A program made the position numbers and the translations under genes. DNA of 64,000 nt, taken from contig JAGORG010000001.1 of NCBI GenBank assembly GCA_018062965.1, positions 71,488-135,487 of the forward strand, given 5' to 3'. Positions 54,926-64,000 of this stretch are shown here, one piece after another. Position 1 is the stretch's first letter. Each line of letters starts with the position of its first letter. The notes beneath the pieces were generated by a model that searched no databases, had not been told where the DNA came from, and saw only the letters and a program-made list of their open reading frames with translations. The stretch comes from Minisyncoccota bacterium (lineage in GTDB: Bacteria > Patescibacteriota > Minisyncoccia > Phycocordibacterales > UBA5272).

Positions 54926-57070
54926 ATGGCTCGCGATTATCCTCTTAATAAAACACGTAACTTTGGAGTTATTGCTCACATCGACGCTGGAAAGACAACA
55001 ACTACAGAACGTATTTTGTTTTACACCGGTGTTTCTCACAAAATCGGTGAAGTGCACGATGGTGCAACTGTGATGGACTGGATGGAACAGGAACGAGAAC
55101 GAGGTATTACTATTACCTCTGCTGCTACAACAGCGTTCTGGAACCCAACATACATGCCCGCCGCTGATGTTTCAAAGAAATGCCGCTTCAACATCATCGA
55201 CACCCCAGGTCACATCGACTTTACTATCGAAGTAAAGCGTTCTCTTCGTGTGCTTGACGGTGCGGTTGTTGTGTTTGACGGGGTTGCTGGAGTAGAGCCA
55301 CAGTCAGAAACAAACTGGAGATACGCATCGGATGCTATGGTGCCTCGTATTTGTTACATCAACAAACTCGACCGTATGGGTGCAAACTTCGACAAAGCAT
55401 ACGCGTCTATTCTCGACCGTCTTTCAAAGAAAGCAGTGCGAATGCAAATGCCAATCGGAGAAGAAGAAAACTTTGACGGTATCATCGACCTCCTCACTAT
55501 GAAGGAAATTAAGTTCACAGGGGACAAGGGTAAGGATGTGTCTTCAGTTGAAATTCCTGCTGAGCTTCTCGAAGAAGCAAAGAAGCGTCGCGCAGAAATG
55601 ATTGAAAAAATCGTTGAAACTGACGAAACACTCATGACTGAATACCTCGAAGGAAAGGAATTTTCTGTTGAAGTATTGAAGGCGGCTATTCGTAAAGCAA
55701 CAATTGCAAACGAACTCTTTCCAGTATTTTGTGGTTCATCACTCAAGAACCGCGGTGTTCAGCTCGTACTTGATGCCGTTGTTGACTACCTCCCATCTCC
55801 ACTTGATATTGCTCCTCCAAAGGGAATCGATCCAGCAACTGGCGAACAAGCTATCGTTGAGGTTTCAGATACCGCTCCATTTGCAGCGCTTGCGTTTAAG
55901 TCTATGGCTGACCCATTCGTAGGACAGCTTACATTCTTCCGTGTGTATGCTGGAACACTTGAAGCTGGTTCATATATCTATAACTCTACAAAAGAAAAGA
56001 AGGAACGTGTATCACGTATCTTGCGTATGCACGCAAACGAACGTGAAGAAGTAAAGGTTGTGTATGCTGGAGAAATCGCAGCTGCGGTAGGTCTCAAAGA
56101 TACTATCACTTCAGACACTATGTGTACTGAAGAACACCCAATCATTCTCGAACGTATTGTTATTCCAGAATCTGTGATCTCAATGCGTGTAGAACCAAAG
56201 ACAAAGGCAGACCAAGAAAAAATGGGTATCGCGCTTTCAAAGCTCGCTATCGAAGACCCAACATTCCGTGTTGCTTCAGACCCTGAAACACTCGAGACTA
56301 TCATCTCAGGTATGGGTGAACTTCACTTGGATATCATCGTTGATCGTATGAAGCGTGAGTTTAACGTAGAAGCAAATACTGGTAAGCCTCAGGTGGCATA
56401 CAAGGAAACCATCATGGGTTCTGCTTCAGGTGAAGGAAAGTATGTAAAGCAGTCCGGTGGACGTGGACAGTACGGACACGTAAAGATCAATATCCGTCCA
56501 ATTGACTACTCAATTGCAACAGAAGATCTTCCAAAGAATACAAAGCGATATGACGCATTTGAATTCGTAAACTCTCTCAAGGGAGGTGCGATTCCACAAG
56601 AATTCGTGCCAGCTGTAGAAAAAGGTCTTCGTGAATCTATGGATCGCGGTACGCTCGCTGGATTTAAGATGGTGGACGTATCATGTGAAGTGTACGACGG
56701 ATCTTTCCACGAAGTGGACTCTTCTGAAATCGCCTTTAAATTGGCTGCTGGAATGGCGCTTGCTGATGCTGTGTCAAAAGCAAAGCCTGTTATCCTCGAA
56801 CCAATCATGAAGGTGGAAATCGTTACACCAGACAAGTTCTACGGAGATATCACTGGAAACCTTTCATCAAAGCGTGGACAAATTGAAGGGATGGATGAAC
56901 GTGGACAGGACAAGGTGGTGCGCGCTATGGTTCCACTTTCTGAAATGTTCGGTTACGTGAACAATCTTCGTTCTATGACAGAAGGACGTGCGACATTTAC
57001 GATGGAATTCGGAAAGTACGATGTAGTTCCCGCAAACATTGCAAAGGATATTGCAGAAAATAAGAAGTAA
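54926..57070 (+). CDS. fusA: Elongation factor G
   Basis: [15 protein letters not shown]...DTPGHIDFT...NKLDR and full-length EF-G domain order. Confidence 0.96.
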   Translation: MARDYPLNKTRNFGVIAHIDAGKTTTTERILFYTGVSHKIGEVHDGATVMDWMEQERERGITITSAATTAFWNPTYMPAADVSKKCRFNIIDTPGHIDFTIEVKRSLRVLDGAVVVFDGVAGVEPQSETNWRYASDAMVPRICYINKLDRMGANFDKAYASILDRLSKKAVRMQMPIGEEENFDGIIDLLTMKEIKFTGDKGKDVSSVEIPAELLEEAKKRRAEMIEKIVETDETLMTEYLEGKEFSVEVLKAAIRKATIANELFPVFCGSSLKNRGVQLVLDAVVDYLPSPLDIAPPKGIDPATGEQAIVEVSDTAPFAALAFKSMADPFVGQLTFFRVYAGTLEAGSYIYNSTKEKKERVSRILRMHANEREEVKVVYAGEIAAAVGLKDTITSDTMCTEEHPIILERIVIPESVISMRVEPKTKADQEKMGIALSKLAIEDPTFRVASDPETLETIISGMGELHLDIIVDRMKREFNVEANTGKPQVAYKETIMGSASGEGKYVKQSGGRGQYGHVKINIRPIDYSIATEDLPKNTKRYDAFEFVNSLKGGAIPQEFVPAVEKGLRESMDRGTLAGFKMVDVSCEVYDGSFHEVDSSEIAFKLAAGMALADAVSKAKPVILEPIMKVEIVTPDKFYGDITGNLSSKRGQIEGMDERGQDKVVRAMVPLSEMFGYVNNLRSMTEGRATFTMEFGKYDVVPANIAKDIAENKK

Positions 57071-57087
57071 TCTACTATTTCTGAATA

Positions 57088-57119
57088 GAAAAAGCGCCGC
57101 GAAGCGGCGCTTTTTTGTT
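57088..57119 (+). terminator. Intrinsic terminator after fusA
   Basis: agcgccgc-gaa-gcggcgct plus T-run. Confidence 0.7.
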
Positions 57120-57120
57120 G

Positions 57121-57333
57121 CTAACGATTGGTCGGTGCAACAGGGAAAACAAAAAGAGTAGGGTCTTCTTTTTTGAGGATATCTGTCCAGTTAAACGCCT
57201 TTTGTTCTGGTCTTTGATTAACCTCAGACCTGACTTCCCGTTTTCGTTTAGCTGCAAATCTTTTTATCTCTTCAAGATCTTGATGATATCCGTAGTCAAA
57301 AACATCAGAACTCTTCCCGTCAGATTCGTACAT
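57121..57333 (-). CDS. Hypothetical small protein (70 aa)
   Basis: ORF between fusA and tuf on the opposite strand. Weak support only. Confidence 0.3.
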   Translation of the reverse strand: MYESDGKSSDVFDYGYHQDLEEIKRFAAKRKREVRSEVNQRPEQKAFNWTDILKKEDPTLFVFPVAPTNR

Positions 57334-57473
57334 ACTTGCCTCCAGTAAGAACTAATATCCTAGACATACTAACATTTTTTATTGAGATGTTTCACCTTCT
57401 AAAATAGTTTTTTGCAAAGAGAATCATTGACATTTAGATACTTTTTACGCAGAATGGTGCCAACTGATCATTT

Positions 57474-57905
57474 TTGAAAACAGGGGGCGTCATGAATCAA
57501 ATCCACATACCCTTTTTGAACAAAGGTATACATGTCGAGGTTTCTTGGGAAATTCTAAGAGAGGTTGCTGACTTTGTTCAAAACCTGGATTGTGAGTGCA
57601 GTCCAGAAAGATTACTTGCTCGTGAGTTGAGTAGGGCGATTGAACCTTTGTGGGGTGGTGACAACTTAGGAAAAGTTGTTGTTTTCAATGCCCATGCATC
57701 TACAGGCCTTAATTACGAAGACAGAGGCAGAGAGTTTCCATTTTCTGATTGGCTTTCACAGGCGAGAGGGGATATTTTGGTTATTATGTGCTGTTTCCAG
57801 CCAAGTCTCCTTTTAACGCAAGCTGATAAGATGAGAGAAAGAGGTTTTACAAGGGCTTTCTGGACTAACCATAAAGAAACAAAGTTGATCGAATTGCCTA
57901 TATAG
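57474..57905 (+). CDS. Hypothetical protein inserted between fusA and tuf
   Basis: 143-aa ORF. SD-like gggggcg before the ATG at 57492 as alternative start. Terminator-like hairpin aacccgc...gcgggtt at about 57917-57945. Confidence 0.45.
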   Translation: MKTGGVMNQIHIPFLNKGIHVEVSWEILREVADFVQNLDCECSPERLLARELSRAIEPLWGGDNLGKVVVFNAHASTGLNYEDRGREFPFSDWLSQARGDILVIMCCFQPSLLLTQADKMRERGFTRAFWTNHKETKLIELPI

Positions 57906-58129
57906 CGCTTTCAAAACCCGCCCCCGTAAGGTTGCGGGTTTTTATTATAGGAAATAATTGCGTTTTTTTTAAAGATATGGTAAGATTGCACGTATTCGCT
58001 TAGCGTCCTGACTATATTGCTTGGCTAGGCGCGTAAGTTCAGTTTATTGTTTTGTTTACTTCATTTATTTAATATCTAATTGAGTCCAATATCTCCCACA
58101 AGGGGACGACACGACTTCTACAAAAACAT

Positions 58130-59323
58130 ATGGCAGAAAATTTCGATCGCTCTAAACCACACGTAAACGTAGGTACCATTGGTCACGTTGACCACGGAAA
58201 GACTACGCTTACAGCGGGTATTCTTAACGTACTTCACCTCAAGGACGCTACTATCAAGATGAAAGATGTTGATGACATCGACAAGGCTCCAGAAGAAAAG
58301 GCGCGTGGTATTACTATTTCGCTTTCTCACTCAGAATACTGGACAGATGCTCGTCACTACGCTCACATCGACGCTCCAGGTCACGCTGACTACATCAAGA
58401 ACATGATTACTGGTGCCGCACAGATGGACGGTGCTATTCTCGTGGTTGCTGCAACAGATGGTCCTATGCCACAAACTCGTGAACACATTCTCCTTGCAAA
58501 GCAGGTGGGTGTACCTCGAATGGTTGTGTTCCTTAACAAGTGTGACATGGTTGACGATGAAGAAATGATCATGCTCGTTGAAGAAGAAATCCGCGAACTC
58601 CTTACCAAGCAAGGGTTTGATGGTGCTAACACTCCAGTTATTCGTGGTTCAGGTCTTAAGGCTTCTGAAGCTACAGACATCAATGATCCATGGGCACAGA
58701 AGATTGTTGAACTTATGAACGCGCTTGACACTTGGATTCCAATTCCAGAACGTGACACAGCAAAGCCATTCCTTATGCCAGTTGAAGACATCTTCACTAT
58801 CGAAGGTCGTGGAACTGTGGTAACAGGACGTATCGAACGAGGAATTCTTAAGCTTAACGAAGAAATCGAAATCGTTGGTCTTAAGGATACTGTTAAGACA
58901 ACAGTTACTGGTATCGAAATGTTCAACAAGTCTCTCCCAGAAGGACAGGCTGGAGACAACGCTGGTATCCTTATCCGTGGTATCAAGAAGGAAGACATCA
59001 TGCGTGGACAGGTTCTTGCAAAGCCAGGTTCTGTAAAGCCACACACAGAATTCGAATGTGAAGTGTACATCCTTAAGAAGGAAGAAGGTGGACGTCACAC
59101 TCCATTCTTGAATGGTTACAAGCCACAGTTCTACGTACGTACAACTGACGTTACAGGAGAAGTTACACTTCCTGCTGGAACAGAAATGGTTATGCCAGGA
59201 GACACTATCAAGTTCACAGTTAAGCTCATGGCTCCTATTGCTCTTGAAGAACAAGGACGCTTCGCTATCCGTGAAGGAGGTAAGACTGTTGGTGCTGGTG
59301 TTGTTACTAAGATCATTGCGTAA
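58130..59323 (+). CDS. tuf: Elongation factor Tu
   Basis: [13 protein letters not shown]...DAPGHADY...NKCD. 397 aa. Confidence 0.97.
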   Translation: MAENFDRSKPHVNVGTIGHVDHGKTTLTAGILNVLHLKDATIKMKDVDDIDKAPEEKARGITISLSHSEYWTDARHYAHIDAPGHADYIKNMITGAAQMDGAILVVAATDGPMPQTREHILLAKQVGVPRMVVFLNKCDMVDDEEMIMLVEEEIRELLTKQGFDGANTPVIRGSGLKASEATDINDPWAQKIVELMNALDTWIPIPERDTAKPFLMPVEDIFTIEGRGTVVTGRIERGILKLNEEIEIVGLKDTVKTTVTGIEMFNKSLPEGQAGDNAGILIRGIKKEDIMRGQVLAKPGSVKPHTEFECEVYILKKEEGGRHTPFLNGYKPQFYVRTTDVTGEVTLPAGTEMVMPGDTIKFTVKLMAPIALEEQGRFAIREGGKTVGAGVVTKIIA

Positions 59324-59361
59324 TCTCGTTTCTCAATTAACGTTCCCAAACTATTATCTAC

Positions 59362-59751
59362 ATGGCAGAAACTGCTACAAAAACTAAAGACGCTGTAAAG
59401 GCACCTGCAAAAAAGACAACAAAAGCAAAGTCTTCTGCTGTTGAAACACAAAAGCTTCGTATTCGCGTTCGCGCATATGAAAGCAAAGTGCTCGATGCTT
59501 CTGTAAAACAGATTATCGATACTGCACGCCGCTTTGAAGCAACTATTCTCGGACCGATTCCACTTCCTACAGAAATCAAGAAGTATACGGTTAACCGTTC
59601 AACGTTCATCTACAAGAATGCTCGTGAACAGTTCGAGATGCGTGTTCACAAGCGCCTTATTGACATCATTAATCCACAGCCTAAGCTTATTGAAGCTCTT
59701 ACGAACCTATCACTACCGTCTGGTGTTGATATCGACGTAAAAATGGGCTAG
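59362..59751 (+). CDS. rpsJ: 30S ribosomal protein S10 with K/A-rich N-terminal extension
   Basis: QKLRIRVRAYESKVLD...GPIPLPT is the S10 core. Confidence 0.9.
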   Translation: MAETATKTKDAVKAPAKKTTKAKSSAVETQKLRIRVRAYESKVLDASVKQIIDTARRFEATILGPIPLPTEIKKYTVNRSTFIYKNAREQFEMRVHKRLIDIINPQPKLIEALTNLSLPSGVDIDVKMG

Positions 59752-59782
59752 TGCCGAATTCCGGTCGACTTAAACAACCTGT

Positions 59783-60385
59783 ATGAAATTTACTCTTGCA
59801 ACAAAACAACACATGACTCAGTTCTTCGCAGAAGATGGATCTGTACATCCAGCTACTGTGTTAGCTGCGTCTCCTCTTACGGTAACTGCTATCAAAACAC
59901 AGGCAACCGATGGATATGAAGCTATCCAAGTTGGTACAGGTACACAAAAGAAAGAACGTGTAGCTGCTTCAACACTTGGTCACCTTAAAGGCGTTGCTTA
60001 TAAAGCTGTGAGAGAATTCCGTACAGCACCAGGGGATCTTACTCCAGGAGCAACGATTGCATGCGATATTTTCCAGAAGGGAGATGTTGTCGCAGTATCT
60101 AGTACTTCAAAGGGTAAAGGTTTCCAAGGTGTTATGAAGCGTCACGGTATGCACGGAGGATGGCATCAGCACGGACAGAAGCACTCAATGCGAGAAATCG
60201 GTTCTATTGGTGCAACTGGTCCACAGAGAGTTTTCAAAGGTAAACGCATGGCAGGACGTATGGGTAGTGATCGTATCACACAAAAGTCAGTACAAGTACT
60301 CGACGTTGATGTTGAAAATGGTCTTATCCTCGTCAAGGGAGCAGTCGCAGGTCGTCGTGGAACACTCGTAGAAATTCGCGGCTAA
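59783..60385 (+). CDS. rplC: 50S ribosomal protein L3
   Basis: GTQKKERVAASTLGH...KGKGFQGVMKRHG. Confidence 0.95.
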   Translation: MKFTLATKQHMTQFFAEDGSVHPATVLAASPLTVTAIKTQATDGYEAIQVGTGTQKKERVAASTLGHLKGVAYKAVREFRTAPGDLTPGATIACDIFQKGDVVAVSSTSKGKGFQGVMKRHGMHGGWHQHGQKHSMREIGSIGATGPQRVFKGKRMAGRMGSDRITQKSVQVLDVDVENGLILVKGAVAGRRGTLVEIRG

Positions 60386-60394
60386 TAAACAAGT

Positions 60395-61057
60395 ATGAAA
60401 GTAAACGTCTATACAACAGAAGGAAAGGTAGCAAAAACTCTCGAACTCCCAGAGACTATTTTTGGTGCAAAGTGGAATGCAGACCTTGTATCTCAAGTTC
60501 TTTATTCTCAAGCATCAAACCGCCGCGCAGGAACTGCTCATACAAAAGATCGTTCTGAGGTAAGTGGAGGTGGAAAGAAGCCATGGAATCAGAAAGGGTC
60601 AGGACGTGCTCGTCACGGTTCATCTCGTTCTCCGATTTGGCGTCACGGTGGAGTCACATTTGGTCCACGTAATGACAAGAACTACAAGAAGACTATTCCA
60701 AAGGCAATGAAAGTGGCAGCGCTCTTTTCTATGTTGTCTGCAAAGGTTGCAGAAGGACGTGTTATCTTTGTTGATACTATCGCAGAAAATACAGGCAAGA
60801 CAAAAAATGCTGATGCAATCATGAAGAACCTCTCATCTATTGAAGGATTCAAGACACTTTGCTACAAGAAGCCAAACAATGTGTACATGACAACAAAGAA
60901 AGGTGAAGAAATGAGTAAGCGTGCTTTCCGAAATCTTCCATACATGACACTTCACAATATGGATGACCTCAACCCGCTTGATCTTGCAAATACTCGTTAC
61001 CTCGTTATCTCTGATCCAGAGGCAACTATCGAGTATCTAAGCTCAAAAGTAAAGTAA
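60395..61057 (+). CDS. rplD: 50S ribosomal protein L4
   Basis: GGGKKPWNQKGSGRARHGS is the L4 signature. Confidence 0.95.
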   Translation: MKVNVYTTEGKVAKTLELPETIFGAKWNADLVSQVLYSQASNRRAGTAHTKDRSEVSGGGKKPWNQKGSGRARHGSSRSPIWRHGGVTFGPRNDKNYKKTIPKAMKVAALFSMLSAKVAEGRVIFVDTIAENTGKTKNADAIMKNLSSIEGFKTLCYKKPNNVYMTTKKGEEMSKRAFRNLPYMTLHNMDDLNPLDLANTRYLVISDPEATIEYLSSKVK

Positions 61058-61061
61058 TTAT

Positions 61062-61379
61062 ATGGCAGCAAAGAAAACAACAACTAAAGATGTTCCAGAA
61101 GTAACAACAAGTAAGCTCATCATAGCTCCTCGTATTACTGAAAAAGCATCTGTGCAGTCAAATGCAAATGCATTTACTTTTGTTGTGGCATCACACGCTA
61201 CAAAGCTTTCACTTCGCGATGAAATCAAGAAGGAATACAAAGTAACTCCAAAAGCAATCAACATCACAAATATCCCTCGACAGTGGACATTTATCCGAGG
61301 AAAGCTTGGCCACAAGCAAGGATATAAGAAGGCGATTGTATTCCTTAAGAAAGGGGATACTATCAATCTCGCGAACTAG
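61062..61379 (+). CDS. rplW: 50S ribosomal protein L23
   Basis: ITEKAS...NAFTFVV and position between L4 and L2. Confidence 0.9.
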   Translation: MAAKKTTTKDVPEVTTSKLIIAPRITEKASVQSNANAFTFVVASHATKLSLRDEIKKEYKVTPKAINITNIPRQWTFIRGKLGHKQGYKKAIVFLKKGDTINLAN

Positions 61380-61397
61380 CCAATTAATTAAGAACGT

Positions 61398-62237
61398 ATG
61401 AAAAGTTATAAACCAACAACACCATCACGACGCAAAATGACTACGGTAACGTACCGTGGTGTTCTCACGACAAACGATCCGTACAAGCCACTTACGCGTG
61501 GATTCAAGCGTGGTGTTGGTCGTAACGCATTTGGCCGTATCACATCTCCATACAAGGGGGCAGGACACAAGCGATCATACCGCGAAATGGACTTCAAGTA
61601 TGACATCATGGATATCCCTGCAAAGGTGCAGACAGTTGAATACGATCCAAACCGATCTGGATTTATCGGACTTGTTGCATATGCAAACGGAGCAAAGCGA
61701 TACGTACTTCTCCCTAAGTCAATGACGGTTGGTAGCACATTCATTGTTTCTGAAAAAGCTGACCTTGAAGTTGGTAACCGTACACGACTTTCAAACATTC
61801 CAGTTGGTACATTTGTATACAACGTAGAAGTAAAGCCACGAGCAGGTGCAAAGCTTGTTCGTTCAGCTGGTGTGTTTGCTCAAGTTGTTGCTCACGATGG
61901 TGGGTTTACATCACTCAAGCTTCCTTCAACAGAAATCCGTAAAGTGGTAGATACATGTTTTGCTTCTATTGGTGAAGTTTCAAATGACGAATACCGCCTT
62001 CGAAATGTTGGTAAAGCTGGACGTTCTCGTCACCTTGGTCGTCGACCAAAGACACGTGCGATGGCTAAGAACCCAGTAGATCACCCATACGGTGGAGGTG
62101 AAGGTGCACAGCCTCGAGGAACTCGTCGTCCAAAGACCAAGTACGGTAAAACAACTGGAGGTCACAAGACTCGAACTCCTAAGAAATACTCAAACGTACA
62201 CATTGTGTCACGTCGAGTATCACGAAAAACCAAGTAA
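61398..62237 (+). CDS. rplB: 50S ribosomal protein L2
   Basis: GRNAFGRITSPYKGAGHKR...VDHPYGGGEG. Confidence 0.96.
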   Translation: MKSYKPTTPSRRKMTTVTYRGVLTTNDPYKPLTRGFKRGVGRNAFGRITSPYKGAGHKRSYREMDFKYDIMDIPAKVQTVEYDPNRSGFIGLVAYANGAKRYVLLPKSMTVGSTFIVSEKADLEVGNRTRLSNIPVGTFVYNVEVKPRAGAKLVRSAGVFAQVVAHDGGFTSLKLPSTEIRKVVDTCFASIGEVSNDEYRLRNVGKAGRSRHLGRRPKTRAMAKNPVDHPYGGGEGAQPRGTRRPKTKYGKTTGGHKTRTPKKYSNVHIVSRRVSRKTK

Positions 62238-62291
62238 GCGTTGACTTAAGCCGAAAAACCTGATAAAATAAGCCCCACATTAAACAATTGC

Positions 62292-62636
62292 ATGACTAGA
62301 TCACTTCACAAAGGTCCATACGTAGATGAACGAGTACTCAAAAAAGTACTTAATAAGCGCCCTGAAGATACAGGCGTTATTAAGACATGGATTCGCCGTT
62401 CAGATATCTCTCCAGAAATGGTTGGATTTACGTTTGGTGTTTACAACGGTAAGACTCACGTTGAAGTACTCGTTACTGAAGACATGGTAGGGCACAAGCT
62501 TGGTGAATTCTCTCCAACTCGCAAATTTATCCGTCACGGAGGTAAGATGCAGAAGGAAATTGACCAGAAGAAGAAAGAATCAGAAATCGCTGCTGCAAAA
62601 ACTGCAAAAGCAACAACTGATACTAAGAAGAAATAA
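62292..62636 (+). CDS. rpsS: 30S ribosomal protein S19 with K-rich C-terminal extension
   Basis: [13 protein letters not shown]...[10 protein letters not shown]...[11 protein letters not shown]. Confidence 0.92.
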   Translation: MTRSLHKGPYVDERVLKKVLNKRPEDTGVIKTWIRRSDISPEMVGFTFGVYNGKTHVEVLVTEDMVGHKLGEFSPTRKFIRHGGKMQKEIDQKKKESEIAAAKTAKATTDTKKK

Positions 62637-62653
62637 TCAGTTTTATTTATCGT

Positions 62654-62989
62654 ATGAAAGCATCTCTCAACAACTATCGCCAAGCTCCTCGCAAAATTCG
62701 TCTTATTACGGACCTTGTTCGTGGCAAATCTGCTGACACAGCGCAGGGGATTTTGGCAACACTTATCAAGCGAGGTGCACTCCCAATCAAGAAGCTTCTT
62801 GATTCTGCTGTTGCAAATGCAGGAGTACCTGCTTCAGAACTTGTTATCAAGACTGCAACTGTAGACAAGGGGGTTGTTATCAAGCGATGGATGCCACGAG
62901 CCATGGGGCGAGCATTTCCAATCCACAAGCACACAAGCCATGTGGTAATCGAACTTGCCAAGAAAGGCGATAATACATCAGCAAAGTAA
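62654..62989 (+). CDS. rplV: 50S ribosomal protein L22
   Basis: Operon position and L22-like core ...RQAPRKIRL... Confidence 0.9.
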   Translation: MKASLNNYRQAPRKIRLITDLVRGKSADTAQGILATLIKRGALPIKKLLDSAVANAGVPASELVIKTATVDKGVVIKRWMPRAMGRAFPIHKHTSHVVIELAKKGDNTSAK

Positions 62990-62993
62990 TTTT

Positions 62994-63656
62994 ATGACAC
63001 ACGTAGTACACCCATATTCACATCGTCTTGGTATCATTCGTGACTGGAAGTCACGTTGGTTCGGCAAGAAAGACAATTTCGTAGATCATCTTCGCGCTGA
63101 CGTTCTTGTACGTGCATTCCTTACAAAGAAGCTTCGAGGTATGTACCTTGCTCTTATCGAAATCGAACGATCAGAAAAGCAGTACCGTATCATGCTCCAC
63201 ACATCACGCCCTGGTATGATTATCGGACGCGGGGGAGATGGTATCGACAAGCTCAAGGCTTCTCTTAAGAAAGAGATGGCACGACTCAAAATCATTACTC
63301 CACAGGATGTGAAGGTTGATATCGTAGAAGTAGCTAGTCCAGAAGCTGATGCTGCTATCGTTGCTGCTATGGTTGCAGAAGGTATCGAAAAGCGTCTTCC
63401 GTTCCGCCGTGTTCTTAAGATGACTATGGACAAGGTGATGGCTAACCGCGATGTACAAGGTGCTCGTATTCAAGTATCAGGTCGTCTAGGTGGAGCTGAA
63501 ATGGCTCGCCGAGAAAACATCAAGCGCGGAGGTATTCCTCTTCAGACACTTCGTGCAGATATCGACTTTGCTCGTGAAAAGGCATACATGACATACGGAG
63601 TTATCGGTATCAAGGTATGGATTTATCGAGGTATGAAGTTCGAAAAGAAAGCGTAA
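62994..63656 (+). CDS. rpsC: 30S ribosomal protein S3
   Basis: KH domain ...IERSEKQYRIMLHTSRPGMIIGRGG... and C-terminal region. Start at internal Met MTHVVHPY. Confidence 0.92.
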   Translation: MTHVVHPYSHRLGIIRDWKSRWFGKKDNFVDHLRADVLVRAFLTKKLRGMYLALIEIERSEKQYRIMLHTSRPGMIIGRGGDGIDKLKASLKKEMARLKIITPQDVKVDIVEVASPEADAAIVAAMVAEGIEKRLPFRRVLKMTMDKVMANRDVQGARIQVSGRLGGAEMARRENIKRGGIPLQTLRADIDFAREKAYMTYGVIGIKVWIYRGMKFEKKA

Positions 63657-63677
63657 TTAATTTTTTAAACCACGAGT

Positions 63678-64000
63678 ATGTTATTCCCAAAGAAAGTAAA
63701 ACACCGAAAATGGCAGACCGCACGCCTCTCAGAGGCTAAGCTCGCACGCCCTGAAACTCGTGGTATCACGGTAGCTTTTGGTTCGTTTGCACTCAAAGCA
63801 GAAACACCTGCTCGCGTTGCTTCAAATCAAATTGAATCAGCTCGTCGTGCTATGTCACGTCACGCAGGAAAGACGGCAAAGGTATGGATTCGTATTTTCC
63901 CAGATCGTCCAGTTACTAAAAAAGCTGCTGAAGTTCCTATGGGTAAAGGTAAGGGGGATCCAGATCGATACGTATTTGAAGTACGACCAGGACGAATCCT
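63678..64000 (+). CDS. rplP: 50S ribosomal protein L16 (3' partial, runs off the window)
   Basis: [17 protein letters not shown]...[13 protein letters not shown]. Confidence 0.9.
   Translation, partial: MLFPKKVKHRKWQTARLSEAKLARPETRGITVAFGSFALKAETPARVASNQIESARRAMSRHAGKTAKVWIRIFPDRPVTKKAAEVPMGKGKGDPDRYVFEVRPGRI

Noticed and set aside
55354-59254. Numerous antisense or out-of-frame ORFs inside fusA, tuf, the GHKL gene and other long genes (for example 55354..55746, 58390..59070, 14773..15384)
   Set aside because: They lie entirely within well-supported conserved genes on the opposite strand or in alternate frames, and have low-complexity or biased composition typical of shadow ORFs.

Overview
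The window is AT-rich (about 40-43% GC) with a compact housekeeping gene set, and its overall make-up resembles a reduced-genome bacterium, possibly Patescibacteria/CPR-like (inference only). Housekeeping content includes ksgA, uvrD/pcrA, comM, rpsO, xth, an ECF sigma factor, pgk, tpiA, nusA, ppa, tig, clpP, rny, hup, a cca-type nucleotidyltransferase, recJ, rnhA, a split comEC, dedA, rpmB, rpsL, rpsG, fusA, tuf and the S10 ribosomal cluster up to rplP. Four tRNAs are present. Three things stand out against this background. (1) A GC-elevated island at roughly 12.8-17.5 kb has a consensus sigma70 promoter followed by a protein with two HTH-like segments and a MORC/HATPase_c_3-type GHKL ATPase. 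A tyrosine recombinase, a stand-alone CHC2 (primase-type) zinc-finger protein and a hypothetical gene follow, and CTAG-type palindromes recur in the island's promoters. This is a candidate integrated element carrying a two-gene conflict or defence-like module. (2) Three paralogous TrmB-like HTH regulators each sit divergent to a GC-rich small gene. Downstream of those are small-gene arrays (including a duplicated 2-TM peptide), each gene preceded directly by one of seven copies of a 55-70 nt module with the palindrome AAGTTCTCAA-N11-TTGAGAACTT and a hairpin. (3) The conserved str operon (rpsL-rpsG-fusA-tuf) is interrupted three times by GC-rich or hypothetical small genes bounded by repeated terminator hairpins. 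A roughly 390-nt structured non-coding region between tRNA-Gly and tRNA-Arg may encode a structural RNA. All calls rest on reading the sequence and ORF translations; no database searches were run.
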